A DNA stretch of 40,283 nt. Source: Thermodesulfobacteriota bacterium. Its GTDB lineage: Bacteria > Desulfobacterota_D > UBA1144 > Nemesobacterales > N074bin48. A model generated the notes under the pieces. That model had not been told where the DNA came from, searched no databases, and saw nothing but the letters and a program-made list of their open reading frames with translations. Every line of letters starts with the position of its first letter. Positions within the stretch are counted from its first letter, which is position 1. Positions 1 through 10,488 of the stretch are shown piece after piece. The stretch covers positions 1 through 40,283 of the forward strand of contig JBFFSH010000020.1 in the NCBI GenBank assembly GCA_041572575.1. The letters run 5' to 3'. A program made the translations under genes and the position numbers.

Positions 1-82
1 CTACAAACCCCCTGCTCCACGAGCTGTTATATCAGATAATAAATCCAAAAACTATGAGCAAACATGTACTTCAACTCAATGA
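1..82 (+). CDS. IS3-family transposase, C-terminal fragment (partial)
   Basis: Manual translation from nt 2: YKPPAPRAVISDNKSKNYEQTCTSTQ*, TGA at 80-82. Confidence 0.6.
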   Translation, partial: YKPPAPRAVISDNKSKNYEQTCTSTQ

Positions 83-97
83 CAAAATATCAGCAAA

Positions 98-137
98 TTC
101 TAACTCTAAAGGTGGACCTGAATTCTGGGGCTTGACA
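98..137. repeat. Putative right terminal inverted repeat (IRR) of the IS3 element
   Basis: GGGGC-rich end terminating in CA, with an outward-facing TTGACA at 132-137. The matching IRL is outside the window, so the inner boundary is approximate. Confidence 0.55.
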
Positions 138-224
138 AAAAGCACGGTCAAAGAAATCTAAATAGTACAACTACCCTACAAGTTACCACCCTCCCCCATA
201 ACTCATTAATAATCCAACTTAGTA

Positions 225-257
225 TTGAAACTATCAGACTAGTTATTATATTATAAT
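225..257 (+). promoter_or_regulatory. Putative sigma70 promoter for the FmdB-SDR-comEA genes
   Basis: TTGAAA (225-230), 16 nt, TATATT (247-252), with an overlapping TATAAT (252-257). AGGAG RBS at 275-279. Confidence 0.35.
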
Positions 258-289
258 CCTTTTATTAAGTAACCAGGAGTATTACGGAA

Positions 290-655
290 ATGCCTATTTA
301 TGAATATGAATGTAAAAAGTGCGGAGACATAATTGAAGCCATTCAGGGCTTTAATGATGCTCCACTTAGAAAACACAAAGAGTGTGGCGGTAAGCTTGAA
401 AGGATGATATCACTTTCATCTTTTCACTTAAAAGGAAGCGGTTGGTATGATACCGAATACGGCAAGAAAAAAGTTAAACGTGGAACCCAGAGTGCTGAAA
501 AATCCGACAGGACCGATGGTGAGGGTAAATCCGATTCTGATTCAAAAGATAGTTCTTCTTCCGCTGATACTAGTACAGCCTCTAATGATAGCGGTTCATC
601 AACTGCAGATTCTATCAAGAAAGACACAGCTAAGGCAAAGAATGCCTCTAAATAG
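290..655 (+). CDS. FmdB-family zinc-ribbon protein with low-complexity S/D/T/K tail
   Basis: MPIYEYECKKCG...HKECGG...SFHLKGSGWY is the typical FmdB pattern; AGGAG upstream. Confidence 0.9.
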   Translation: MPIYEYECKKCGDIIEAIQGFNDAPLRKHKECGGKLERMISLSSFHLKGSGWYDTEYGKKKVKRGTQSAEKSDRTDGEGKSDSDSKDSSSSADTSTASNDSGSSTADSIKKDTAKAKNASK

Positions 656-658
656 ATT

Positions 659-1450
659 ATGGAACTTGGCCTAAAAGACAAAGTAGCAATAGTACCGGCA
701 TCAAGTAAAGGGCTTGGCAGAGCAGTTGCTATGGGCCTTGCTGCAGAGGGAGCAAAGTTAACAATCTGTTCAAGAAATGAAGATGACATAAATAAAACTG
801 CAAAAGAGATTATCGATACAACCGGAAGCCAAGTACTTGCCCTTAATGCAGATGTATCAGACCAAAAAGAGTTAGAATACATAGTTAATAAAACAACAGA
901 TACATTTGGAACCATTCATATACTCATAAATAATGCAGGCGGTCCTCCTTTTGGATACTTCGATCAGTTCGATATGGAGCAGTGGCAAAAGGCAATCGAA
1001 CTAAACCTCTTTAGCACTATCAGGCTCACTCAGCTTGTAACACCTTACATGATAGATAATATGTGGGGTCGTATCATAAATATCACTTCCATAGCAGTAA
1101 AGCAGCCGCTTGACGGACTCATACTTTCTAATACATCTCGTGCCGGAGTAACTGGTTTTGCAAAAACAATATCCAATGAATTAGCTAAACATAATATTCT
1201 TGTAAACAACGTATGCCCGGGAAGAATCTTTACTGACCGTATAAAAAGCCTCGCTGACTCTAGAGCAAAACAAGAAGGTAAATCATTTGAACAAATAATT
1301 GAAGCCATGCAATCAGATATTCCCGTTGGCAAAATCGGCACACCCGAAGAATTTGCCAATATGGTGGTATTTCTAGCCTCGGAAAAAGCAAGCTATATAA
1401 CAGGAAACACTATACAGATAGATGGTGGTTTACTAAAAGGAATATTTTAA
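659..1450 (+). CDS. Short-chain dehydrogenase/reductase (3-oxoacyl-ACP reductase-like SDR)
   Basis: ASSKGLG Rossmann loop, NNAGGPP, SNTSR (atypical SxxxR in place of YxxxK), C-terminal IDGG. Confidence 0.9.
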   Translation: MELGLKDKVAIVPASSKGLGRAVAMGLAAEGAKLTICSRNEDDINKTAKEIIDTTGSQVLALNADVSDQKELEYIVNKTTDTFGTIHILINNAGGPPFGYFDQFDMEQWQKAIELNLFSTIRLTQLVTPYMIDNMWGRIINITSIAVKQPLDGLILSNTSRAGVTGFAKTISNELAKHNILVNNVCPGRIFTDRIKSLADSRAKQEGKSFEQIIEAMQSDIPVGKIGTPEEFANMVVFLASEKASYITGNTIQIDGGLLKGIF

Positions 1451-1463
1451 CTATAAAATTACG

Positions 1464-1988
1464 ATGATAAACGTCATCAAATATTTTAAGAATATTGACC
1501 CTGTAATTATTCTTATCTTATTTACTATTCTTTTTTATCTTCTTACACGCATAGAAATATTACCAATATATAAAACAGATACCATCAGCACGACTAAAGA
1601 TTATACTATCCAAATTCAAAAAGATTATGAATACCCTGTAGTATATCAATTTAATAATAATGAATTACCTAAAGAATTTAAATATGCTTCATTTAAGAAA
1701 AAGTTATTACGTGATGGTAATAAATACTTATTAAACGATAATAATATAATCATAGAAACATCTGAGATAAACGGGAAACATAAAATAGCGCTAGGAATTC
1801 CAATCAACATCAATACGGCTAAATTAGAAGAGCTAACCGCCCTACCCTCCATTGGACAAGTTACTGCGAATAATATTATAGATTACAGAATCAAAGTTAA
1901 TAAGATTACAGATTTAGAAGATTTGATTAATGTTGATGGAATTGGCAGAGATAAAATCAACAAGATTAAAGAACTTATAGAGTTTTAA
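1464..1988 (+). CDS. comEA: ComEA-family membrane-anchored helix-hairpin-helix DNA-binding protein
   Basis: N-terminal hydrophobic helix; C-terminal ININTAKLEELTALPSIG...IIDYR...VDGIG HhH domain. Confidence 0.75.
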   Translation: MINVIKYFKNIDPVIILILFTILFYLLTRIEILPIYKTDTISTTKDYTIQIQKDYEYPVVYQFNNNELPKEFKYASFKKKLLRDGNKYLLNDNNIIIETSEINGKHKIALGIPININTAKLEELTALPSIGQVTANNIIDYRIKVNKITDLEDLINVDGIGRDKINKIKELIEF

Positions 1989-4591
1989 TGTCTCATTAAA
2001 AAGTCTGCCTCATTTAGAGTGTCAGACTTAAACTGCTCTTCAATGCTATTGTCTCTATAACCTACACCTTGAGTAATGTAGTCTTCACATCGTTGGTTTG
2101 TGCATGTTGAAGTATTAAAAGGCAGGTTACCATATGGAGTAGCAATAAACTTTACACCTTCAGGCTGCTCAAACTCACCACCCGGATATTTATTAAGAGC
2201 AGCATCCATATAATCTATCCATATTGGAAGTGCAGCTTTAGAACCCGATTCTTTTTTGCCAAGTGGTTTATAGTTATCTGTTCCTACCCATACACCCGTT
2301 ACAACCTTAGGGCTAAATCCCACAAACCATGCATCAGTAAAGTCATTTGTGGTACCAGTTTTGCCAGCTATAGGAGCTTTATCCAAAAGAGGCTTTGCTC
2401 TTTTCGCTGTACCTTCTTTCACTACAGCTTCTAACATATGCGTCATTATAAAGGCTGATTCTTGTGATATAACCTGGCTGCCAAGGTTTGAATTAATAAA
2501 TGGAAGATTTTGTGAATTTAAAAGAAGATCTCTAAAATCAAGAGGAGCATTGTAGCTTGTGATCTCCTCTTTATAAAATTTTGAAGTCAGATTGTTTTCT
2601 TTTAGAAAGCTATCAGATGTATTGATATGAGAATCTCTTCCAAGATTCTTTGCAATACCCTTTATTATTTTCTCTCTTTTAATATCCCTATCTGCTCTGT
2701 ATGCCTGTTCTTTTGAAAAGAATACTCCTTCGGTATTATCTTCGATAATTTTACCATTCCTGTCGTATATCCTGTAAACAAACTTGGGTTCAATGTATCT
2801 TCCGTTAGTAGCAAACACATTATAAGCATTTACCATTTCAAAAAGCGTGGCTTCAGAACCACCAAGAGCAAGAGATGGGTATGGATTGAGTTTGGATTTA
2901 AAATGAAAATACTTTGCATAATCAACTACATAAGCCGGAGTAAGATTGAGTATTAATCTTATAGAAGCCAGGTTTCTGGATTTGGCAAGAGCATGTTTTA
3001 AAATAATAGGACCAAGATAAGTTTCATCATAATTTTCCGGTGACCATTCGTCCATTACAACCGGAATATCATAGACCATCGTTGATGCTGTATAACCTTT
3101 ATCCAGAGCCGAAGCGTAAAGGATTGGCTTAAACGCAGAACCGGGTTGTCTAAGAGCCTGAGTTGATCTGTTAAACTGATTTTGCGTAAAATCATACCCT
3201 CCAATCATGGCCCTTATAAACCCATTTGTATCCATAGAATAAAGTGCAGCCTGAGTTAGAGGTTTATGATATAACTTAGCAATAAATCTATCTTCATCTT
3301 TACCAATTACCTTTACATTTATTATATCTCCTTTCTTTAATGATCTGTCTAGAATATCTATATCATCATAGCCGCTTATTGGTGAGTATTTTTTTGAATA
3401 CTCAAATGGCAGCTCTTTTATTTTCTTATCAATTTGCTTAGGAACAACATATTTGATAATTCCCTTATTATTTGCGATATTAATTGAGGCAATACTAAAA
3501 CTAGAACCATCCAATTTGTTTACATTTACTACTACTGCTTCATATATTTTATTATTTTCTATCTCAGTTTCACCCTGATTATTTATATATGTTTCAATAC
3601 TATTGTCATTTATAGATCTTATTATCTCTTTTCTGCCTCTTCTTTTTTCAAGATCGAGTATTCCTTTTCTTACTGCCCACTGTCCTTTTAAACTAAGATC
3701 CGTATCCATAGATGTAAATACCCTGTATCCACCTTCAAGATATGATGCTGTACCATATGAATACTCGAGATATTTTCTCACATATTCAACAAAATATGGA
3801 GATATATTATTATTTATATTCTTCTTTGCACTAAGCACTATTTCTTCATTCTTTGCCTGCTCATACTGTTCATCTGTAATATGCTGTGTGCTTTGCAATA
3901 TTCGAAGCACTGTCCTTTGTCTTTCTAAGGCTCTCTGTAAATTTTTTCGTGGATTGTAACGCTCTGGTCTTTTTGGAAGTCCGGCAAGTACTGCAGCCTG
4001 TGCTATGCTAATTTCTTTTACAGATACACCGAAATAGTTTTTGCTCGCAGCTTCAACTCCATAAGCGCCATCACCAAGGTAGATATGGTTAAGATAAAGA
4101 TATAATATTTCCTGTTTTGATAAATTCTTCTCTATCCTGTAGGCAAGTATCGCCTCTTTTATTTTTCTTGAGAAGCTTCTTTCTGGAGAAAGCACTATGT
4201 TCTTTGTAACCTGTTGGGTTATAGTGCTGCCGCCTCTTTTTATTGAGCCTTCTCTGATATTTTCAACAAGTGCTGCAAAAATACCCTGGTAATCCAGGCC
4301 TTCATGTTCATAAAATCTCCTATCCTCAACAGCAACAAATGCGTCAATAACATGCTGCGGAATATCGGTAAAAGGGATAAGCCTTCTGTTTTCTGAATAA
4401 AACTCGGCAAGCAGATAACCTTCTGATGTATAAAATTGATTTATCAGTTTTGGCTTATATGAAGAAATGTTATCTCTGAAGTCCGGAAGGTCACGGGTAT
4501 AGTATCTGTAGCCAAGGTATGCAGCAACAGAGCCTATTATTACTGTTATTACGGATAGATAAAAGAAATACTTAAATAATTTTCTAAACAT
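1985..4591 (-). CDS. mrcA: Class A penicillin-binding protein 1A (transglycosylase/transpeptidase)
   Basis: N-terminal TM helix; GT51 motifs EDRRFYEH, GGSTITQQ, RKIKE; transpeptidase SAFK, SRN, KTG. Confidence 0.93.
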   Translation of the reverse strand: MFRKLFKYFFYLSVITVIIGSVAAYLGYRYYTRDLPDFRDNISSYKPKLINQFYTSEGYLLAEFYSENRRLIPFTDIPQHVIDAFVAVEDRRFYEHEGLDYQGIFAALVENIREGSIKRGGSTITQQVTKNIVLSPERSFSRKIKEAILAYRIEKNLSKQEILYLYLNHIYLGDGAYGVEAASKNYFGVSVKEISIAQAAVLAGLPKRPERYNPRKNLQRALERQRTVLRILQSTQHITDEQYEQAKNEEIVLSAKKNINNNISPYFVEYVRKYLEYSYGTASYLEGGYRVFTSMDTDLSLKGQWAVRKGILDLEKRRGRKEIIRSINDNSIETYINNQGETEIENNKIYEAVVVNVNKLDGSSFSIASINIANNKGIIKYVVPKQIDKKIKELPFEYSKKYSPISGYDDIDILDRSLKKGDIINVKVIGKDEDRFIAKLYHKPLTQAALYSMDTNGFIRAMIGGYDFTQNQFNRSTQALRQPGSAFKPILYASALDKGYTASTMVYDIPVVMDEWSPENYDETYLGPIILKHALAKSRNLASIRLILNLTPAYVVDYAKYFHFKSKLNPYPSLALGGSEATLFEMVNAYNVFATNGRYIEPKFVYRIYDRNGKIIEDNTEGVFFSKEQAYRADRDIKREKIIKGIAKNLGRDSHINTSDSFLKENNLTSKFYKEEITSYNAPLDFRDLLLNSQNLPFINSNLGSQVISQESAFIMTHMLEAVVKEGTAKRAKPLLDKAPIAGKTGTTNDFTDAWFVGFSPKVVTGVWVGTDNYKPLGKKESGSKAALPIWIDYMDAALNKYPGGEFEQPEGVKFIATPYGNLPFNTSTCTNQRCEDYITQGVGYRDNSIEEQFKSDTLNEADFLMRH

Positions 4592-4710
4592 TGTGTATTA
4601 TATACAATTATTACTAATTTTGAGTATGATAACAAGAAAATGATTAAAAATAATAAAACTACAGTATAATTTATGTAATTATTATTATATTAGATATAAT
4701 AGAACCTCCT

Positions 4711-4917
4711 ATGAGCACTGAAAACGAAATTATAACACTAGACAGTTTTGTAAGATCACAAACTAATCAGGAACTTAAGGGCCTTCTCCTTAAACTTAAA
4801 AATGAATTAAGAAAAGAAGATACATTATGGGAAGATATTAAAGATATACTAATTAAAGTAAATGAGTTTGATAATAAATTGTTAGCCGTGATTATTCCTC
4901 TCATTATATCAGAGTAA
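4711..4917 (+). CDS. Small hypothetical helical protein
   Basis: 68-aa ATG ORF filling the gap between mrcA and cysK, amphipathic-helix-like composition, no recognisable motif. Confidence 0.6.
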   Translation: MSTENEIITLDSFVRSQTNQELKGLLLKLKNELRKEDTLWEDIKDILIKVNEFDNKLLAVIIPLIISE

Positions 4918-4949
4918 TACCTGCCGTCTTTAAATTACAATACATACAC

Positions 4950-5888
4950 ATGAACTTCTCAAAAAGCTATTCTAATCTTATAAGTCTTATTGGCAACACA
5001 AAGATAATAAGACTTAACCGGGTTATACCTTCAGGATATGCAGCTGTTTGGGCAAAACTTGAACAATTTAATCCAAGTGGAAGCGTCAAGGACAGAATAT
5101 GCATTAAAATTATTGAAGAAGCTGAAAAAAGTGGCTTAATAAAGCCTGGCATTCATACAATTGTAGAAGCAACTAGCGGCAATACGGGAATCGGGCTTGC
5201 CATGATATGCAAGATAAAAGGCTACAAACTTATTTTAACCATGCCTGATGATGTAAGTTATGAAACAATACAGGTTTTAAAAACATATGAAACTGAAATA
5301 GTTCTCACTCCTGCTAAAGATAGTATTGAAGGTTCAATAAAAAGATCATGGGAAATTGCATCAGAAACAAAAGATTCATTTATACCAAATCAGTTTGAAA
5401 ATCCAAATAATCCCGAGTCACATGAAACAACAACCGCTCTTGAATTATTAGAACAAATTCCAGGGGATATTCATGCTTTGGTTTTATCTGTAAATACCGG
5501 CGGATCAATAAGTGGCATTGGAAAAGTTCTTAAGCACAAATATCCTGATATCCGGATTTATGCCGTAGAACCACAGGAGAGTGCAGTACTTTCCGGTCAA
5601 AAGCCCCAAAAACACAATATTAAAGGTATCGGTCCAGGTTTTATACCTAAAGTATTAAATACCGAGATATATGATGATATATTAAAGATTAAAAGCGATG
5701 AAGCAAAGAGTTTCACAAGAGAATTAGCAACAAAAGAAGGCCTTCTTGTAGGTATATCCTCAGGAGCTGTAGCTAAAGCAGCAAAAATGGTTGCCGAAAA
5801 ACTGGGCAGATCAAAAAATGTGGCAACAATATTCAGTGATAGTGGACAAAGATACTTGAGCACAGACCTATTTGATATGTTTCAATAA
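4950..5888 (+). CDS. cysK: PLP-dependent cysteine synthase family protein (CysK-like)
   Basis: NPSGSVKDR (PLP lysine), EATSGNTGIG, NQFENP, GISSGA, DSGQRYLS. Some motifs deviate (see findings). Confidence 0.8.
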   Translation: MNFSKSYSNLISLIGNTKIIRLNRVIPSGYAAVWAKLEQFNPSGSVKDRICIKIIEEAEKSGLIKPGIHTIVEATSGNTGIGLAMICKIKGYKLILTMPDDVSYETIQVLKTYETEIVLTPAKDSIEGSIKRSWEIASETKDSFIPNQFENPNNPESHETTTALELLEQIPGDIHALVLSVNTGGSISGIGKVLKHKYPDIRIYAVEPQESAVLSGQKPQKHNIKGIGPGFIPKVLNTEIYDDILKIKSDEAKSFTRELATKEGLLVGISSGAVAKAAKMVAEKLGRSKNVATIFSDSGQRYLSTDLFDMFQ

Positions 5889-6012
5889 TTACAGCAAGTT
5901 ACAAAGGCTTGAATTATATTTTTTAGTAGTTACTTTATTTGATAATGAATGTTGCATATGATATCTTTTTTAAGTTAACCAAAATTCAATTTATACACGG
6001 TAATAATTAAAC

Positions 6013-7854
6013 ATGATAAACAATCAATTATTTAAGAATATACTATTATGGCTTGTGATCTTTGTTGGTATTATAGCTCTTTATCAGTTTGTACAAACAC
6101 CCAGATCTACTATAAAAGAGATTCAATACAGTGAGTTTGTAAGTTATATAAAAAATCAGGAAATTCATGAAGTTGAGTTTAGTGAATTTGAAGTAACGGG
6201 AAATTTTGTAAACAAGAATATTACACCAAATAAATTCAAGGCTATTGGACCCACCACTGATGATATCCTAAAGCTTCTGGAAGAAAACAACATAACTTTT
6301 AGCTTTGCACAAAAAAGAGAGAATTCCCTATCTCATATACTGTTAAATTGGGCCCCACTACTCTTACTGATTGGTATTATGGTACTTTTCATGAGACAAA
6401 TACAGTCAGGTGGTACCAAGGCAATGTCTTTTGGCAAAAGCAGAGCAAGAATGCTTACCGAGGATAAGAACAAAACAACTTTTAAAGACGTTGCCGGCAT
6501 CGACGAAGCTAAGGAAGAAGTTAAGGAAATAGTAGATTTTTTAAAGAGCCCTAAAAAATTCACCGACCTTGGTGGAAGGATACCAAAGGGCGTACTTTTA
6601 GTAGGACCTCCGGGAACAGGTAAAACATTACTTGCAAAAGCCATAGCCGGAGAGGCTGGTGTACCGTTTTTTATTATAAGTGGTAGTGACTTCGTAGAGA
6701 TGTTTGTCGGAGTTGGCGCTTCTAGGGTAAGAGACTTGTTCATACAGGCCAAGAAAAACGCTCCCTGTATAATATTTGTAGATGAACTTGATGCCGTAGG
6801 AAGACACAGGGGTGCCGGACTAGGCGGTGGTCATGACGAAAGAGAACAGACTTTAAACCAGTTACTTGTAGAAATGGACGGGTTTGAATCAAACGAAGGA
6901 ATTATTGTTATGGCAGCCACAAACAGACCTGATGTACTTGATCCAGCTCTTCTAAGACCTGGCAGATTTGACAGACAGGTAATAGTTCCCAGACCCGATG
7001 TGAGAGGCAGACAGGAAATCTTGAATGTACACGTAAAAAATAATCCTCTTGATGATGATATAGACCTTGCGGTAATTGCCAGATCAACACCAGGACTATC
7101 AGGTGCAGACCTTGAAAACCTTGTTAACGAATCAGCCCTTCATGCGGCAAGAATTGGTAATCATAAAATCACAATGGACGACTTTGAATTTGCAAAGGAT
7201 AAAGTCTTAATGGGTGTTGAAAGAAGAAGCATGATAATTAGTGATGATGAAAAGAAAATTACTGCTTATCATGAAGGTGGTCACGCCCTAGTAGCCAAAC
7301 TCACTCCTGGATCTGATCCCATACACAAGGTAACCATCATCCCAAGAGGTCTGGCTCTTGGCGTAACACAGCAGCTGCCAATTGAAGATAAATATACTCA
7401 TTCTAAATCCTATCTTAATAAAAGAATTATGGTTCTTCTGGGAGGCCGTGCAGCTGAAGAGATTATATTTAATGAGAGAACCAGTGGCGCTGCCAATGAC
7501 CTTGAGGTAGCCACTGATATAGCAAGAAAAATGGTTTGCGAATGGGGAATGAGTGAAGAGCTTGGGCCGGTTAAGCTTGGAAAATCAGATGAGCAGGTAT
7601 TTTTAGGAAAAGAAATGTCAAAACATAATAACTACAGCGAAACTACCGCCCTGCAAATTGATAATGAAATAAAAAGTATTGTAAGTACTAACTATGATAA
7701 AGCAGCTAAACTTTTAAAAGATAATATCAATCTGCTTCATAAATTAGCTGATATGCTTCTTGACAAGGAAGTAGTAGACAGTAAAGAGCTTGAAAGCCTT
7801 GTAAAAGGCTTTGATCCCAGTAACAACATGTTTGGTGGTACTGTTAGTACATAA
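6013..7854 (+). CDS. ftsH: ATP-dependent zinc metalloprotease FtsH
   Basis: Two TM helices, [38 protein letters not shown]. Confidence 0.98.
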   Translation: MINNQLFKNILLWLVIFVGIIALYQFVQTPRSTIKEIQYSEFVSYIKNQEIHEVEFSEFEVTGNFVNKNITPNKFKAIGPTTDDILKLLEENNITFSFAQKRENSLSHILLNWAPLLLLIGIMVLFMRQIQSGGTKAMSFGKSRARMLTEDKNKTTFKDVAGIDEAKEEVKEIVDFLKSPKKFTDLGGRIPKGVLLVGPPGTGKTLLAKAIAGEAGVPFFIISGSDFVEMFVGVGASRVRDLFIQAKKNAPCIIFVDELDAVGRHRGAGLGGGHDEREQTLNQLLVEMDGFESNEGIIVMAATNRPDVLDPALLRPGRFDRQVIVPRPDVRGRQEILNVHVKNNPLDDDIDLAVIARSTPGLSGADLENLVNESALHAARIGNHKITMDDFEFAKDKVLMGVERRSMIISDDEKKITAYHEGGHALVAKLTPGSDPIHKVTIIPRGLALGVTQQLPIEDKYTHSKSYLNKRIMVLLGGRAAEEIIFNERTSGAANDLEVATDIARKMVCEWGMSEELGPVKLGKSDEQVFLGKEMSKHNNYSETTALQIDNEIKSIVSTNYDKAAKLLKDNINLLHKLADMLLDKEVVDSKELESLVKGFDPSNNMFGGTVST

Positions 7855-7947
7855 ATTAGTTTTACTTCATTAATCTGCATCCAATTAAAGTATTATTGCC
7901 TTTTCTTCTGTAATATATTTAGTACAGTTGTATATTTTTATCAATAT

Positions 7948-8772
7948 ATGATAAGCGGTTTATTAAAACAAAATAGAACCCTCATAATGGGCATATTGAA
8001 CGTAACTCCCGACTCTTTTTATGATGGAGGAAAGTATATATCATTAAATAATGCCCTTAAACATAGTGAACAACTTATTGAAGATGGTGCAGATATTATT
8101 GATATTGGAGGAGAGTCAACCAGACCCGGTTCTAACCCGGTTAGTGAAAACGATGAGCTTAACAGAGTAATTCCTGTAATAGCTGAAATTAATAAAAAAT
8201 TTAAAATTCCCATATCTGTAGATACAACAAAAGCACAAGTAGCAAGACAGGCTTTAGATAACGGTGCATCAATAGTTAATGATATAAGTGGTCTTAATTT
8301 TGAGCCCCAGATCGCAGATATTGTTTCAAAATATAATGCATCAATAGTTTTATGCCATACATCATCAAGACCCGTGGATATGCAAACAAAGATAAATTAT
8401 GATGATTTAATATTGAATATTTATAATTATTTACAAGATTCTATTAAATTATGCGAACATAAAGGAATAAATTCTGATAATATATACATTGATCCGGGAT
8501 TTGGTTTTGGAAAATCAGTAAAAGATAATTTATTATTGTTAAAATCATTGCCTGTTTTTAAAAAATTAAATAAAAAAATTTTAGTTGGAACGTCCATGAA
8601 ATCATTTATTGGTAAAACATTAGGTACGGATAGTTTAGAAATAAAATCGGACGGAACTTTTGCTACAGTTGTTATTTCTATACTAAATGGTGCAGATATA
8701 GTTAGAGTTCATGATGTAAAGAAAATGAAAACAGCTGTTAAAATGACCGAAGCGGTAATAAATATTCAATAG
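7948..8772 (+). CDS. folP: Dihydropteroate synthase
   Basis: MGILNVTPDSFYDGG, GGESTRPG, DPGFGFGK, RVHDV. Confidence 0.97.
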   Translation: MISGLLKQNRTLIMGILNVTPDSFYDGGKYISLNNALKHSEQLIEDGADIIDIGGESTRPGSNPVSENDELNRVIPVIAEINKKFKIPISVDTTKAQVARQALDNGASIVNDISGLNFEPQIADIVSKYNASIVLCHTSSRPVDMQTKINYDDLILNIYNYLQDSIKLCEHKGINSDNIYIDPGFGFGKSVKDNLLLLKSLPVFKKLNKKILVGTSMKSFIGKTLGTDSLEIKSDGTFATVVISILNGADIVRVHDVKKMKTAVKMTEAVINIQ

Positions 8773-8777
8773 AATAA

Positions 8778-9542
8778 ATGTTTGAATTTATATCAAATTA
8801 CAGATATGTACAAGACACATTAGATATAGTCTTTGTGGCCTTTATCATTTACTTTGTTCTGCGCTTTATAGAGGGTACAAGGGCTGTACAGATGATATTC
8901 GGTCTATTGTCACTAGTTATTATTTACTTTCTATCTCAAAATTTCGATCTTTTTACAATAAACTGGCTCTTGGGTAATTTCCTTAGCTTTATTATCCTCA
9001 TTGCCGTAATTCTATTTCAACATGACCTTCGCAGGGTTCTGGCCGCTATAGGAAGAAGCCCTTTTCTTCTGCATTTTCATCCGGTTAAGTCCAATAAGAG
9101 TATAGTTGATGAAATAGTAAAATCAGCTAGCTATTTATCAAACAATAAAATTGGCGCACTGATAGCTATTGAAAGGAATAATAATCTTGGAGATTTTGTT
9201 GAGATTGGAACGGAAATTGACGCAATACTATCTACTCAGTTAATAATAAGTATCTTCAATCCAGCTTCTCCCCTGCATGATGGAGCAATCATAGTAAGTA
9301 ATGAAAAAATTCTATCTGCCGGATCATTTTTCCCTTTGGCCACAGATCCCGACCTTGATAAAGATCTTGGTACCAGACATCGCGCTGCAATTGGTGTAAC
9401 AAGAGAAACAGACTGTGTTGTAGTTATAGTTTCTGAAGAAACTTCCAAAATATCACTAGCTAGTCAGGGTGAATTAATAAGAGCAATGGATGCATCATCC
9501 TTAAATCAAAAACTATTAGAAATTCTAGAGCTAAATAAATAA
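8778..9542 (+). CDS. cdaA: Membrane diadenylate cyclase CdaA (c-di-AMP synthase)
   Basis: Three N-terminal TM helices; DAC motifs PLHDGA and GTRHRAA, VSEET. Confidence 0.95.
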   Translation: MFEFISNYRYVQDTLDIVFVAFIIYFVLRFIEGTRAVQMIFGLLSLVIIYFLSQNFDLFTINWLLGNFLSFIILIAVILFQHDLRRVLAAIGRSPFLLHFHPVKSNKSIVDEIVKSASYLSNNKIGALIAIERNNNLGDFVEIGTEIDAILSTQLIISIFNPASPLHDGAIIVSNEKILSAGSFFPLATDPDLDKDLGTRHRAAIGVTRETDCVVVIVSEETSKISLASQGELIRAMDASSLNQKLLEILELNK

Positions 9543-9551
9543 TTAATATAA

Positions 9552-10481
9552 ATGAAAGAATATATAACTAATAATATAGGCAAAAAAATATTAGCAATAA
9601 CCATAGCATTAATTTTATGGATTATTGCTAATTTTGAGCAAGATATAGAAAAAGACATATCAATAGATATTCAGTACAATGACCTCTCTCCTGAACTTAT
9701 AATTACAAACAACCCGCCTGAAGCCTTAAATATGAGAATAAGAGGTTCGAGAACTAAACTGTCTATCCTTAAAACCGATAACTACTCTTACCCCGTCCCA
9801 CTTACAAATGTAAATAAGGGTTTATCTAAATTTAATATAAGACCTCAGCAAATAAGAATTCCTGGAGTGCAAATACTGGGAATAAGCCCTTCTGAAATAG
9901 ATGTTCAGGTCGATAATCTTATAACTAAAAGAGTTAAGGTTAAACCAAATATTGGTCTACCTGACATTGGATATGAGCTTATTGGTACTCCAAAAGTAGA
10001 GCCTAATACAGTAAAAATTGGTGGCCCAAAAGATCTTATATCTAAATTAGACTCTATAAATACTGATGAAATCAAAATAGAAGGAGAAAAAACAAATTTT
10101 ACAATTGAAGTACCTTTAAAAGCTAATAGTCCGCTGATAACTATAGAAGACAATAAAGAAGTAGTTAAAATCACAGTTGATATACAAGAAACAATGATAG
10201 AAAAAGAATTTAAAGAACTTGGTATAAGTATTATAGATACTAATAATAAAATTATAGAAATCATAGGAACACAAACAGTTGATATTCTATTTAAAGGGCC
10301 TTATAGCAAGATTAAAGAATTAAAAAGCGAAGATATTAAAATTACTTCGTCTATAAAAAATATACTTTCTCAAACAAACATGAAACATAAAATCAAACTA
10401 AAAGTAGATTATCCAAACTCTGAAGACATTAACCTCGAACAAATAACGCCGGGGACCGTGGATATTATAATTAAACAATAA
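9552..10481 (+). CDS. cdaR: CdaR / YbbR-domain regulator of CdaA
   Basis: N-terminal TM helix (KILAITIALILW), repeated beta-rich YbbR-like units, located between cdaA and glmM. Confidence 0.85.
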   Translation: MKEYITNNIGKKILAITIALILWIIANFEQDIEKDISIDIQYNDLSPELIITNNPPEALNMRIRGSRTKLSILKTDNYSYPVPLTNVNKGLSKFNIRPQQIRIPGVQILGISPSEIDVQVDNLITKRVKVKPNIGLPDIGYELIGTPKVEPNTVKIGGPKDLISKLDSINTDEIKIEGEKTNFTIEVPLKANSPLITIEDNKEVVKITVDIQETMIEKEFKELGISIIDTNNKIIEIIGTQTVDILFKGPYSKIKELKSEDIKITSSIKNILSQTNMKHKIKLKVDYPNSEDINLEQITPGTVDIIIKQ

Positions 10482-10488
10482 TATCAAG

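Larger units (their letters stand above)
1..137 (+). mobile_element. Right end of an IS3-family insertion sequence (IS407-group-like), truncated by the window edge
   Basis: Frame 2 reads YKPPAPRAVI..., matching the 'LGY(R/K)PPAP' C-terminal signature of IS3-family transposases. It is followed by an IRR-like tract ...TAACTCTAAAGGTGGACCTGAATTCTGGGGCTTGACA ending in CA at 137 (reverse complement TGTCAAGCCCC...), fitting IS3 TG...CA termini. Confidence 0.7.

Noticed and set aside
132..166. Hybrid promoter formed by the IS-end TTGACA and flanking DNA
   Set aside because: No credible -10 hexamer at 16-18 nt spacing (AATCTA at 155-160).
480..655. S/D/T-rich tail of the FmdB protein as a repeat element
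   Set aside because: A low-complexity disordered tail is common in this family, and there is no nucleotide-level periodic repeat.
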